DNA of 64,000 bases from Camelus dromedarius (GCF_036321535.1 NC_087440.1:69130001-69194000), one strand, 5' to 3'. Counted from the stretch's first letter, positions 22,760 to 35,959 are shown. Numbers and translations: made by a program. The notes: generated by a model not told the origin, from the letters alone.

Positions 22760-23460
22760 TGTTCTCATCAAACTTGACCCCTCAGGAGCATGTGACACAG
22801 CTGACCACTTCCTCCTCCGTGAAGCACTCGTCTTTCTTGGTTTCAATGATGCTACTCTGTTCTGGTTTTCCTTCTGCTTCTCTAGCCTCCTTTTCTGTGT
22901 CCCTGGCAGGTTCCTTCTCCTTCACCTGGTTGCTCCATGTTGAGGAATCTCAGGGATTGGTCCTAAAACAGTTTCTAGTCTCTGTCTAAATCTCTCAAGA
23001 TGATCTCATTCAGTCCCAGAGCGCTAAATACCACCTGAATACTGATGACTTTGTTTTTACACCTCCATCCCTGAGCCCAGACTCAACTGTCTGTTTTATG
23101 TCTCTACTTGGTTATCTAACAGACACCTCAAATCACATATTTCCAAGATGGAGTCCTCGATTCCCACCATCCTTGAATTCTCCCCCTCTTCTCTCCTCTC
23201 TCACCCTTTTAGCATCTTTATCCTCTTTTTGCTCAGGCCAAAATTCTAGAAATCACCTTTCATTCTTTTCCCTCCTCCACCACATCCAATCCATCACCGT
23301 ATTCAGTCAGTTCTGCCTCCAATACATCTTGTCTTTACTCCCCATCTTTTCTCTCCATCTCCACGGACACCTTCCAAGTCTAAGCCACCATAATTTTTCA
23401 CCTGGGCAACTGAAATAGGCTCTTGCCTGGCTTCCCTGCTTCACAATGGTGCATCCCAAA
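22760..23460 (+). mobile_element. L2 reverse-transcriptase remnant
   Basis: cttgacccctcaggagcatgtgacacagctgaccacttc translates LDPSGACDTADH, matching the L2 RT motif LDLSAAFDTVDH. Confidence 0.8.
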
Positions 23461-23514
23461 TTCACTCTCTACCAGCAGTGAAAATTAACATGTAATTTGG
23501 TGATGTTCAGTCAT

Positions 23515-23700
23515 TTTTTCATTCAGGGAATGTCTGTTGAGTGCCTACTATGTACCAGCAGTGAAAAAATAGACAAAAGTCCCTGCCCTCAAGGAGCTTA
23601 CAATCTAGTGGTGAGAGGTGGACAATAAACATGATAAAGTAAATGATATGATATGTTAGAAGATGGTATGAAACAAAATAAATCAGAGCAAAGGAATGCC
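23515..23700 (-). mobile_element. L2 3' end
   Basis: ttgagtgcctactatgtaccag...gtccctgccctcaaggagcttacaatctagtgg. Confidence 0.8.
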
Positions 23701-23769
23701 AGGGAGCGTATGTTTATGTGTTTGTTACAGGAAGTTGTTATAATTTAAAATAGGGGAGTCAGAAATATG

Positions 23770-24370
23770 TGATCTCTAAATATCATTTCCCACTACAGGG
23801 GTTTCTAAGAGAAATGTCTGATTCCAAATCTAGACTGAAAATGTGTAAGATAAGTCTGGAACTTGTTACACCAGCAAGGAAAGGACCACAGGGATGGCAT
23901 CACAAGGACCCAGAAGTCAAGTTCAAGAGCCCAAACATGGGACAGCCTGAGTGTCTAAAAGAATAATGACAGCAACAGGTCCAAAGCCATATGTGTCAAA
24001 ATCCCTGAGTTCATGATGATACTTTTAGAGGAAAGAACACAACTCATTGGCCACCTTTGGAGGATAGGAGGAGACCAATTATTCTGAAAACTGGTAAATA
24101 AAAGAAAAGAAGTAAGCAGATATCCTGCCTTTCCTATATGAAAATGACCAGGTGAACCAAATAGTTGATGAGTTTCTCTTTGTAGACAGAGTCTAGCTAA
24201 GAAATGAAGAAAAAGAAAAAATACAATTAGAACATCACAATTTTACAACCTCCAGGGAAATAATCAATCTAGGCTGTGATCATCAATGGCCAAAAACATT
24301 GCAAAAGAAGAGAGTGAGCAAGATTTTATGTGCCTCCTGTTGGATGGACACAGTACCTCTTAGGAAGTAG
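23770..24370 (+). mobile_element. L1MC-type 3' region
   Basis: gagaaatgtctgattccaaatctagactg...ccacctttggaggataggaggagacc...ctttcctatatgaa. Confidence 0.65.
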
Positions 24371-24394
24371 TAAAAGATGACTTTCAGATAATTG

Positions 24395-24517
24395 ACAAAT
24401 AATGTGAAGCATACGTATGCCTCAAATATTCCATGAGATATACTTATTCATTATGAATCTGAAATTCAGATTTAACTGGGCATCCTGAATCTTTATTTAC
24501 CAAGCCTGGCAACCCTA
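24395..24517 (+). mobile_element. MER53-like hAT MITE, one arm
   Basis: tctgaaattcagatttaactgggcatcctg...ctggcaaccctag matches the MER53 terminal arm. Confidence 0.65.
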
Positions 24518-26801
24518 GAAGTCTGGTCCAAAAAGTCAGACCTGAATATGATTAAGCCTCAAAATTTAACTACCAGGACATACGATGAGACAATGAAATA
24601 TGTTCAATGACACCACCACAGCCATGTCATCAGCAATATAAGGACTGTGAGGACAGACCATCCAATTTTTTTCAACAGATAGGTTTTTTTCAATAAATAC
24701 GTTTTCAACAAATAGAGGAGAAAAGAAGGGGGGAGGGGGGAGGCAGAAGAGAAGTTTGTTTGGACTCTGATTCAAAAGATCAAAGGTAGGTACAGCCTCT
24801 ATGAAAAATAGTCTGTCTTAGGAGGTCCACGTGAGAGCAAGCTTCATCTCTGGTCTCATGCCTCCTGCCTGACACTCTACAGTCCAGCAGCACAAGACAC
24901 ATGGCCTCAAGGCTTCCTGGAAGCAATCTTGAGAGATACTTGAGATCAAATCTTGTTTTACTAAGCCAGGCTGCAAATGGAGGGGTCACGTGAAGAGAAG
25001 AGAAAAAGCCAAGATTCTGCTTTGGAGGTGGAATGAGGTGACAGCCAAGAGGCAGCACTGAAAGGTGAGAGATGCTTTGGGAAAGGAGCAGAGGTGCTTT
25101 AAAAAGGGAGTGATGAGGAAGTTTTATTGGTCATGAGTGGTATATGCCCCTCTTTTTTCTGCTCGTGGAAAGCCTTCGGAACTGGGTGATTTGGATGCTG
25201 GGATAGATCTTCAGGTATAGCAAGGTGGCTCAAAATCCTGGTTACATTCATGCCATAGCACACCAGATTCTGTTTATATCTCTCCCCACCATGAGCCCCT
25301 CAAGGGTAGAGACTGTGTTTCCAGCTTTAGCTTTCCCACTGCCTGTCAAAGTGCCTGTCACTTCATATATATCTGGTGAATGAATGAATGAATGAATGAA
25401 TCCCCCTTCACCCTTTGCAGAGATGGTGGTCTTCTTCTGATATAACAAAATGTGGTTATTAGATATATACCTCTTCATGAAACACTGAATTTAATCTTGG
25501 CCATTTCTATATACCATAAAGGAATATTTTAAACTTAAAGACCAGGGTCAGCTTACTGAGGCAGAAGCTGGCGACATTCTCCCAGGCATCTTGAGATATT
25601 TTCCTCAGTGATGAAAAGCCCAGCTCGCTTCCTGTTTTCACCTGCAGCTTCACCTCTGAGCGTCCGCCGTGTATGCTTCTTGTGACATGTTACGGCAGCT
25701 GTGATGAGGCTCACGTCACAATTAGGTGACGACCTTGGGAGGAGATCCCTGGACAAGTTGAGAAAAATAATGAGAGCAATCAAGAGTCTCACTCAGAGAA
25801 GCACCGGCTGGCTGCTTTGAAAGTTCTGAGCCCTGCACTCATCACCATCTGTTTACTCAAGAGTAATATCAAGAGAAAGAAAGAAGAGAGGAGAAAGAAG
25901 AGACAGGAGATCCTCCTCCTTCATCTGCTCCTCTATCTACAACAAAGAAAAAACAAAGAAAAAAGATGAGGGAAAGGCTATTGAGTGAGAACAGTAAGCT
26001 TGCATTTACAGTGTCTCCGTACATGACCATGATGTAAGGAGACATTTTAAAAATATCTGAATAACATTGTTCTTCCATATCATCATCTTAGGAGTTATGA
26101 AAGTATCCCATTGGTATTGCTAGTAAAATATTTGGGGGTTTTTTCTGAGGTTTTTAGGGGAAAAACAAAGACCTAAAGTTTTTTTCAGTTTACTCATACA
26201 CCTCATTCCCCAGACATGGCTGTGAGGAGTCTGGTTTGCCCCCCAAACTTGTCTCCTCCTTCAAAGATGGAGGTTTGTCACCATGGGGGATGTGCTGTGA
26301 GTTAGGTAGGCGTTACTCAGTGAGGAAGCGTGGAAGGGTTCAGAGACAGCGTCAACAGCAGTGGCGTGGTGTGAGACGGCGCCTGGACTGGGGCAAAGCC
26401 CTACCTGCCCATCACTGACACACAGGAGGTGGGCAGTCGGGGTCTGAACAAATGAGTGAATGAGAAAGACTATCAATGCACAAGGAAGTGTAAGTTGCAC
26501 AGTGTGTGTGAGAGACTGAAAAAAAGGGGCTCAATTTTTTCATTCATTCAGTGTCACATAGAACCTGAAAATGGCATTTTCAGGTGCTTCTGCAAGAAGC
26601 TGAGTCCATGTTATGGGAATAAGAGGAATTAGAGCCAGCAGCAGACTCCACCTGGATACTCCAGCACTTCCAAGAAGAGCACTGGAGTTCCGGGGACTTG
26701 AAAAAAAATTTTTTTAGGGAAACAAATGCCAAAACTCTGCCTTTCAAATGAAGGCTACAAACTGTTTTTTGTGCACACCGATAAAACCTCGGCCTTGGGA
26801 G

Positions 26802-27255
26802 ACTATTAGTTTCCTAAGCTGCTGTAAACAAGTACCACAAATTTGATGACTTGACAGAAATTTATTGCCTTACAGTTCTGGAGTCTAGAAGTCCAAAATC
26901 AAGGTCTCAGCAGAGCCGTGCTCCCTCTGAAACCTGCAGGAGAACCCCTCCGTGTCTCTTCCTAGCTTCTGGTGGTTTGCTGGCCGTCCCTGGCACTCCT
27001 TGGCTTGCAGCTGCGTGTTCCCAATCTCTGCCTTCATCTTCACACCAGCTCTTCCCAGTGCATCTGTCTTTACATGACCATCCTCTTATAAGGACACCGG
27101 TCACATTGGATTAGGGGTCCTTCCTATTTCACTATGACCCCATCTTAACTAATCACATCTGCAATGACCTATTTCTAAATAAGGTCAGATTCTAAAGTGC
27201 TAGAGTTAAGATTTCAACATATCTTTTTGAGGGGAACACAACCCAATTAGTAACA
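26802..27255 (-). mobile_element. MaLR solo LTR (MLT1C-like)
   Basis: tattagtttcctaagctgctgtaaacaagtaccacaaat...ttctggagtctagaagtccaaaatcaagg...taaggacaccggtcacattggattaggg. Confidence 0.85.
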
Positions 27256-28969
27256 GACGCCATTTTTGGAACATGTTACAATTAAAACGGGATTCAGGGA
27301 CCTAAATGACCCAGAGAAATAAACTGTTAGCTGCTTGGCCCCTACCTTCTGAAAGTCCAGATGAATCATCAGGCTCCAGTTCACCGAATTTCCCAGTGGA
27401 TGAGCCAAGTCTGATTGGCCAAACCTTTCTGGTTTATGGAACTCTAACCCAAGGGTCACGCTAAGTGTGGGTAACTCATTTCTGGGAGACAATATTTATC
27501 TGCCCTTTCTTCCTGAGCAGAAACTCTATGATCACAGATGCATCACGAGGGCCAAAAAGTTATTTGCTCGTCAGTCTCTGGCCCTTTGTGGTAGGAAATA
27601 GTTTGAGTTCCAGGGCTGGCAACACCACTGATGCCAGATTGATGCTTTTCCACACTTATTTACATCATGACACACAAAGGGCTAAAAGGTGGCACTTATA
27701 AAGCAACGGGGAAAAGGGACAGGGCCTATCTAGCCACCTCAGGCCCTGCCTAGCTTTCTGAACACTGAAGAGATCACCATCTCAGGCCACCAAACACCTA
27801 CCTACTTGTGGACACTGGGGAGGAAGCCTGGGTCTAGACGATTATACCCAGATGTCAACCTAGAGGCAGGACTCTGACTCTACCACCACCATTCCTCCCC
27901 TCAGTGGGTCTCCATCTGATAGCTCTAGACTTTTCCCTCAAATCCATGTACACCTGATTCACCTGAACAAAAGGAAAGAACTGAACCTAAATTATATCAC
28001 CTCCATGAAGAATGGCCACAGTTCTAATTTCTTAGGGGAGGAAATTGTTCACAAGTAGAATAGATCTGAGGTGTCCAGTGCCTAGTCTAGGATCAGAGCT
28101 AGAACCTGTGACTACAGTCTTCTCCAGGGTGGAGTCCTTCCTCATGGAAGATGAAGGTTTCAGCACAAGAGAGATGGCTGGTTTGTGAATAGGGGCTAGG
28201 CTCTTGCCTGGCCTCTATCTTGGATTAGCAGCTTCCCCAGGCTGCTGTTTCCTGAAGTGGCAGTATTTCCTCAAAGGCATGGATTCCTCTCAAATGCCTC
28301 TTCCTCCAGGCAGCCCTCCTTGACCACCCAGCCTGAATCTGGTGACCATTCTCTGTGCTCTGGCACTTACTTTCACCATGGCACCTATTGTACTATAGAG
28401 CAATTTATTGTCTGTCTCTCTTTCCAGTCTGTGAGCTCCTGTGAACTACTTTCCTTTTATTGCTGATGACTAGTAACCTGGCAGGCACACAATCTGACTG
28501 AATGAAATGAATGTCACAAATTACTTTGGGTACAATGGATGACTGCCTCCTTAAAAACCACAAAATTTCTGCTTGATGCCCTTATTCTTTCCCTCTCTGC
28601 TCACACCCGGTTCCAGGCCGCTATAAAATCCGCTGTGCTCTTTAACTTGGGGATTATCCCAGCTCCTCCTCCTCCCTCCCTGCCAATCCCTCTTGCTTGG
28701 TTCAGGTTTCCTCAGTTTCCATGGGTTGCCACCTATCAGGATCTTCCCACTGAGAAGGGACGTCTTGAGAAGCCCTGGTGACACTTTTGCCTGTGTGTGT
28801 CTCCTCCTGCTTGCTCCTCACTCCTCTGTTGGCAGCTTATATTTGGGCCAGGCCTTGCCACCCACCCCAGGTCAGTACCCAGGGCCTCAGGCTCCTGCTC
28901 ACCAGAGAGAGGGTAGCTGGCTGTCAGTGACCTCCATTCATTTATTCATGTTCCTCCTAATTTATTTAC

Positions 28970-30100
28970 GTATTTACTGTAACAGCTTTATTGAGATATA
29001 ATTCACATGCCATAAAACCCACCCTTTCAAAACGTGAAATTCTGTGGTTTTAATATATTCACAGAATTGTGCAATCATCACCACTACCTAATTCCAGAAT
29101 ATTTTCATCACCCCCAAAAAGAAACCCCACACCCACCAGCAGTCCCGTCCCATTCTCCCCNNNNNNNNNNNNNNNNNNNNNNNNNNNNNNNNNNNNNNNN
29201 NNNNNNNNNNNNNNNNNNNNNNNNNNNNNNNNNNNNNNNNNNNNNNNNNNNNNNNNNNNNNNNNNNNNNNNNNNNNNNNNNNNNNNNNNNNNNNNNNNNN
29301 NNNNNNNNNNNNNNNNNNNNNNNNNNNNNNNNNNNNNAGAGACGAATAATATTCCATTGTATGGGTATAACACGTTTTATTTATTCACTCATTAGTTGGT
29401 GGACTTTGGGGTTGTTTCCACTTTTTGGCTATTTGAATCATGCTACCATGAACAGTCATGTACAAGTTTTTACGGAAACTGTGTTTTCAGTTCTCTTGAG
29501 TATATACCTAGGAGTGGAATTGCAGGCTCGCAAAGTAACTTTCTGTTTAAATTTGAGGAACTGCCAGACTGTTTTCTAAAGAGGCTGTACCATTTCACAG
29601 TCCCACCAGCAATATATGAGGGTCCAATTTCTCCATATCTTTGCCAGTACTTGTGATTATCTGTCTTTATTACTTTAGTGAGTAAGAAGTGGTATCTCAT
29701 TGGGTTTTGATTTGCATTTCCCTCATGGCTAATGATGTTGAGTATCTTTTCATGTGCTTATTGACATGTCTATTTAATTCCTTTGTCTACTTTAAAAATT
29801 GAGTTATTTGTCTTTTTATTAGTGCATTTTAAGTGTTTTTCTATATTCTGGCTACAAGCCCCTTATCAGATATATGATTTGCAAATAATACCTTTCATTC
29901 TGTGAGTTTTCTGTTCACTTTCTTGATGATGTTCTTTGAAGAGCAAAAGTTTTAATTTCAATAAAATCCAATTTATTTATTTTTTTCTTTTGTCACCTGG
30001 AATGTGATATCTAAGGAAATACTGCCTAATCCTCGGCCATGAAGATTTACTCCTCTGTTTTCTAAGAGTTTTATAGTCTTTAGTTCTGATATTAGATTCA
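28970..30100 (-). mobile_element. L1MB-type 3' ~1.1 kb including ORF2 C-terminus
   Basis: ctttattgagatataattcac terminus; minus ORF 29470-29700 MRYHFLL...EPAIPLLGIYSRE is degraded L1 ORF2. Confidence 0.9.
29161..29337. other. Assembly gap (177 N) inside L1
   Basis: N run counted directly. Confidence 0.98.
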
Positions 30101-33100
30101 TGAGCCCCTCCTCTCATTGGTTTATCATCTCCCAAGGACAAATGTATTTTATAGCAGGTCTTTTGGTGTAATAATCTCTGCATCATCTGTTGCCTTTACA
30201 CTGGGATGAGACACATCCTTAATAAAGCTATTCATATTTAGTTGTTCTTTGAAATAGATATTTATACGTTTAACAACCTTTGACTTCCATTATGTCAAAA
30301 AAAAAACACACATATGTAATAAAATATGTTTTCCAGACTCCCATCACGCTGTACCCTGCCACAGAACAAGAGCAGAGATTCTCTAGGCTTTAAAAACTTT
30401 GGAGATGGTTTGAAGCTTGTAGTTTAAACCAGGACAGATAATATCCTGTGAGCTCAATCTTGGGGAAGAAAGAATACAGTGGGAGTGGGGGAGGTCGGGG
30501 GTGGGGGAGAGGGCTTGATGCTTAGCAAGCCATCACCTCACCACTAGCCCGACAACCCAGGGCCCTTCCTGTGTCATCTGTGGCTCATTGTTCCAGTGGT
30601 TTTGATTATTCGAGTCAGCCATTGTCTGAGCCATTGTCTGCCAAGATGTTTGGGTTTGGAAATCCTTCATTATGCCTCTGAACAAATGATATCACATTTT
30701 CTCTCAAATCCTGTATCCACTGGTCTTTGAAAATTGGTGACAAAATTAGTCAGTTTCCTTGGACGTTGGTTTTTGGATGGCTGTTGATCTCCAAATGGTA
30801 TGTTTGTTCCCCTATTTGTCAACGAATCCTTCAATTTTCTATTTATTTGAATCCCTTTCTGAAACAAGAAACAAATTTATTAAAAAAAAAATCAAACTCT
30901 ATTTTTCATCTGGTTAAGTTTCCTGGGTTTTACATTTAGCACAACTGGAAAAATAGTGCCAAAAAAGACAGTTTAAATCTAACATACCTTTACTTTATCC
31001 TTTTTTGACTCAAACCTCCCCCAAACAATGTAATTAGCCAGGGCTACATTTATAAACGTCTACAATGAGATAATTACCCTCCCTAGTGAGAAGCTCCTAA
31101 AATCTAGCCATCCAAAGTCTTCGCTTTCTAGTAAGTCAGCCCACACAATATGCAGAGAGACAGCTTGGTCATTCTTCCAAGAGAGATTTTGAAGCTGATC
31201 TGTGATTATCTTCTGTTATCCGATAAATGGAAATAACAACCATCACCCAGGAAGCCACGTGTGGGGAAACCTACAAAAGACCACAGAGCACATAAGCTCT
31301 TGGCTATCAAAACTCCACTCCATTCAGAGGTGTGAATCCAAAGATGGACTTGGCTTCCTCTGCTGTTGATTTGCTCCTAGAAACACCAGGCCCTTCTGGT
31401 CAGGACAATATAACCAGACTGAAAACCCAAATAATGACATGTGGTCTTGGCCCTTCTCACTTGATGTCAAGGTGCATTTTCCTGGAAATAACTGGATTAA
31501 TAACATGTCTGTAAACTTCACTTAATATTGAGTCCTTAAAAGATAACTATGAGATCTTATTGATCTAATTAGAAGAAGCAGCTATAAAATGGTATGTATA
31601 TATGATGGCAATTTTGATGAAGTGTTTCATATCTGTTTTTAAAAGTCTAGAAAAGAGATATATTAAAATGTTTTCTCCAGATAATAAAACCACAAGGTTT
31701 CCACTTCATACTTCAAAAAAAAGTTGTAATGAATATATTTTAGTTCCATAATAAAAAAATTAACTGAGCTAAATCTATTTTGGAAAAAAAATTAGGTCTT
31801 ACCCTGACTCAAATGCATATTCAGAATTTTTAAAATATGCGGCAAAGAGTACATTCAAATCTGTTACTCTGTAGGAAAACTTAAAAATAAACTGCCTTTA
31901 ATGGTGGAGAAGCAGGCCAAAATCTGTTGCTCAAGCCGTCAGGGCCCAGCCCTAAATTCCACGTCACAGGGCAGTTTTCCAGGGCAGCGGGCCCATGGTG
32001 CTTCTGCCCCCTGCTGGATAACTTGGGAAAGTGCAGCATCTGGTCCAAGGAGTTTCTCCAGGGATATGATCACAGGGAGATGAATGTTTTAAGAACCCAG
32101 TGACATTTGGGAAAACTGGCCTTATTGCTCAAAACTATTCTGGAAGGTCTTGCCACAGGGAAACTAACCATGAGGCTATCTTTTCATGCTCCCTCAATCC
32201 TTTTTCTAACACATATATTTATTTTTTAAATGTCCCAGACTTCATTCTAGGTACTTACATATGTATAGAACACACAGATGAAAACAGAATTGTCCTTGTG
32301 CTATGCTCTGTATGATAATATAAATTGTATTGTATTATACTTTAATTCTGTGACTTGGTTTTTTCACCTATCAACATATCCTGGTAGGATGTGGACTAGG
32401 GTAGGGTGAGAGAGACCTGCATGACCCTGAGGGCGGCCTCCTTATATTTGCCCCCTTCATCAGTGCAGACAGGCCAGCTTCGCTCTTGTGGACCCCCTGA
32501 ATAGCATTCTATGGTATCAATAGAGCAAAATTAACCATTTTCCTCCTGATGAACCTGTAGGTCATTTCCAATTTTTAGCTATTACTAAAATACTGTGTAG
32601 AAATCCTTATAGATGCTTCCTTGTGTGTAGTCAAAGTTATAATTTTTTACTTTATGGTTTGTGTCTTTTATACCTCGTTTAAGAGGACTCTCCTACCCTA
32701 AGATTATAATAGTGTCTTCCTATCTTCCCCTTTTCTTTTTTTTTTTTTTTCCATTTTGGACCTCAGAATTGAGTTAATCATACTCCTCAGCTTCTCAGTT
32801 CATACTCCACACAGTCACCATTGGTCCATGTAAGACATATTTTTAAAAAATTCCCTTTTATCCCCATTTCCTACTCCCATTCCTTCTGTCCACTGTCGAC
32901 AATCACTCTGATGTGTTTAATAGTTATAATAGTATTTATATGTTTCCTTATAAGATATGTAGTACATTTGGAATATTTATGTAAATGATATTGTGCCGTA
33001 CCGTACACCTTAATTCTATTTCTTAGTATTTTCTTTTAACACTGTTTTACAGGCTATCTACATGGCTGTGGTACACCCAATTGTTTCTAACTGCTCTATT

Positions 33101-33343
33101 CAACCCTTTCCCCAGCAATCAGCCCCTGGAGCCTTCTACTCCCATTAGCACAAACAGCCCTGCAAGGGACAGCCTCTCGCACAGTTGGTCCAATGTGAGG
33201 TGTTCTCTAGGGTATATTTCCAGATTGCTTGTGTTTTCTTTTAATGGTTTTCTGTTTTTTCTTCTACTCATATGTCTGTCCACATTTGATTAGTCTGTCT
33301 GATCACATTTAGCTTTTGTTATGATCTTGACTCCACTAATTCT

Positions 33344-33482
33344 TTTTTTTTTTTTGGAGGGGTAATTAGTTTTTGGGTTTTTTTTAATTTAGTTTTTTAT
33401 TTTAATGGAGGTATTAGGGATTGAACCCAGGACCTTACGCATGCTAAGCACTCACTCTACCACTGAGCTATACCCTCCCTAC
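33344..33482 (-). mobile_element. Vic-1 SINE
   Basis: gattgaacccaggacc...gcatgctaagcac...ctaccactgagctataccctccc; TSD cttgactc(c/a)actaattct 33326-33343 / 33483-33500. Confidence 0.93.
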
Positions 33483-33639
33483 CTTGACTCAACTAATTCT
33501 TGTTGTTTTCTTTTGTCAAAAAACATTCCTAATTTCCATTTTGATCATGTTTCTTCAACACTGAGCTGAGGTTTGCAGCGGGAAGGTGTTTGTTTTGTTT
33601 GGAATCTCAGCTCCCAGATTTGTGTTAGAAAATAATAAC

Positions 33640-33905
33640 ATAGTTATTAGTTTGGGTTTCTCCTAAGGCAGAACTGAGACCAGGACTTTGGTGACAATAG
33701 TTTATTTGGGAGGATATCCCAGGAAGACAATGAGGGAGAGGGGAGAGTCATACAGGGAGGAAGGGAAGCCAATGAAAGATGCATTACTGAGCCAGTTTTC
33801 ATGTGGACAATTGGCACAATCTCCCTGGAGACCCTTTGAAGAACCTATAAAAACCACTAAATTGTCCCTCTGAAGAATGGGAGGTTGGGACATTTATCCA
33901 TCAAC
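33640..33905. mobile_element. Old ERVL/MaLR-class LTR fragment (subfamily unassigned)
   Basis: gcagaactgagaccaggactttggtgacaatagtttatttgggagg...cccaggaag; related fragment at 38620-38860. Confidence 0.55.
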
Positions 33906-33956
33906 CTTCATCCTCCACTGGTTGAGAGTTGTCTGTGGGTGGGCGCAAGTGTGCAT

Positions 33957-33958
<2 letters not shown>

Positions 33959-33988
<30 letters not shown>
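33959..33988. repeat. (AC)15 microsatellite
   Basis: Direct read. Confidence 0.97.
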
Positions 33989-33990
<2 letters not shown>

Positions 33991-34451
33991 TCTTGCTGTG
34001 GCTATGCCTGCATGTAGACTGAGCAAGCTTCCAAGTTAGGAGAAAATCCTGAGGCAGAAAAGCTGAGTGACTCGTTGGTGCTTGAGATGGGGGGCCATCG
34101 ACACTCACAGGAGATATTGACTTTTGACTGCCCTGTGCATGTGCATATCTTCTCTGCTAACGGCTCTCTGACCACTTCTTTTTCTGCACTTGCTATTCAT
34201 GTACTGACCACATTTAACCTCCCTGTCCTGACCTAGTGAGACCTGCTCAAACGTTTCCCTGGGCCGGACCAGCTCCATCAGCTAGATGAGTCATCTTCAA
34301 TCTGGTTTCCTCATCTGTGAAATTGACATGATGATGGTCCTTACTTCCTTAGGTCCTTATGAAGATTAATAAGAAAATGGCTAAATTGCATTTCACACAA
34401 TGCTTGCCACTCTATAAGTGTTCAAACAGTATTCAGTATTGTTCTGCTTAT

Positions 34452-35064
34452 ATTTTTTCTTTTTTAAATTGAGGTATAGTCAGTTTATAATGTATCAATT
34501 TCTGGTGTACAGCATAATGTTTCAGTCATACATATACATACATATATTCCTTTTCATATTCTTTTTCATTATAAGTTACTACAAGGTATTGAATAAAGCT
34601 CCCTGTGCTATACAGTAGAAACTTATTGTTTATCTATGTTATATGTAATAGTTAATACCTGCGAATCTGAAACTCCTTATTTATCCCTTCCCACCACCTT
34701 TCCCCCTGGTAACCATAAGTTTTCTATCTGTGAGTCTGTTTCTATTTTGTAAGTAAGTTCATTTGTGTCTTTTCTTTTTTACATTCCACATATAAGTGAT
34801 AGCATATGGTATATTTCTTTCTCTTTCTGGCTTACTTCACTTAGAATGATAATCTCCAGGCCCATCCATGTTGCTGCAAATGGCATTATTTTATTCTTTT
34901 TAATGGCTGAGTAGTCTTCCATTGTATAAATATACCACCACTTCTTTATCTAGTCATCTGTCGATGGATATTTAGGTTGCTTCCATGTCTTGGCTATTGT
35001 AAATAGTGCTGCTATGAACATTAGGGTGCATGTATCTTTTCGAATTAGAGTTCCCTCCAAATAT
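34452..35064 (-). mobile_element. Camelid/cetartiodactyl L1 3' end with TSD
   Basis: TSD ttgttctgcttat 34439-34451 / 35065-35077; ORF 34950-35138 (KDTCTLMFIAALFTIAKTWKQPK) is the L1 ORF2 C-terminus. Confidence 0.92.
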
Positions 35065-35959
35065 TTGTTCTGCTTATTTTTATTATTTGAAGCTGAGTAC
35101 GGGTACTGTCTGTGAAAGCAGGTAAGATCAGGGTTCACTGATGCTACTGGGGATCCTGGCAGGTTTACAGTGTAAAATAGGCTGGGCCCATCACAGCATC
35201 CCCTCTGCCTCCCTGGCCTCAGGCCCTCTGCTCACCCCACCGCTGGGCCTTCAGCAGTGCCTTCTCTGGAAATCCCACACTTTCCTCCTGCCCAGCAGAT
35301 GTGCCTCCTTTAATTTCTCTCTCCAGCTTCACTTTTACTTCCTTTTAATCTTCTCTCCCATTTACATGGACTTACCCGGCTGATGAAACTGGGCCTCAAG
35401 CACAGGCATCAGGCCTTACGGCTTTCTTCTTGGCTCCAGTTAGCTCAGCCATTAACTGCTGACTGACTCTTGGAGAAGGGACTTAACTTCTTCTGCCTGG
35501 TTTTTGACTTTTCAAATAGGACGGTCTTTATGGTTCCTTTTTTTCCCCCCTCACAAGATTATTGAAAGTATGAAATTAAATAAGATTTAAAAAAAATAAT
35601 ATAACAGGTTGGCTTTTTTTTATATTTGTTTTGTTTTGAGTTTTGTTTGTTTTTTGTTTTCTTGGTTCATGGTGTTACCACCTATGTGATACTTTCTTCC
35701 CAGAGCCAACCCTAATTGGTTTCTCTCTTAGCCTCCAAATACCTGAAATTCTACAATTAGAAATGAATCATTTGATGTTAGCTCACAGTTCTACAGAAGA
35801 GGCTACAGAACAATATTTCTCAGCAATTCCTACCTTAGCATGAGTGAATTTATGACCTTTCCTGAGAGCTAGTTTTAGAAGAGAAGGCAGAGAAGGAGCA
35901 TTAATGTACTGAGCCTGGATTAAAGGGAAGCCACACTAGGTCATCACCCTAGAAAAGCT

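Noticed and set aside
25553-25792. 79-aa minus ORF with a signal-peptide-like N-terminus (MRLLIALIIFLNLS)
   Set aside because: The start codon is GTG, not ATG (the track uses bacterial alternative starts); there is no promoter or splice support.
8107-30376. Identical 14-mer agaacaagagcaga at 8107 and 30363 (and a 15-mer at 11181/38442)
   Set aside because: Several such matches are expected by chance among all position pairs in 64 kb; the flanks do not align.
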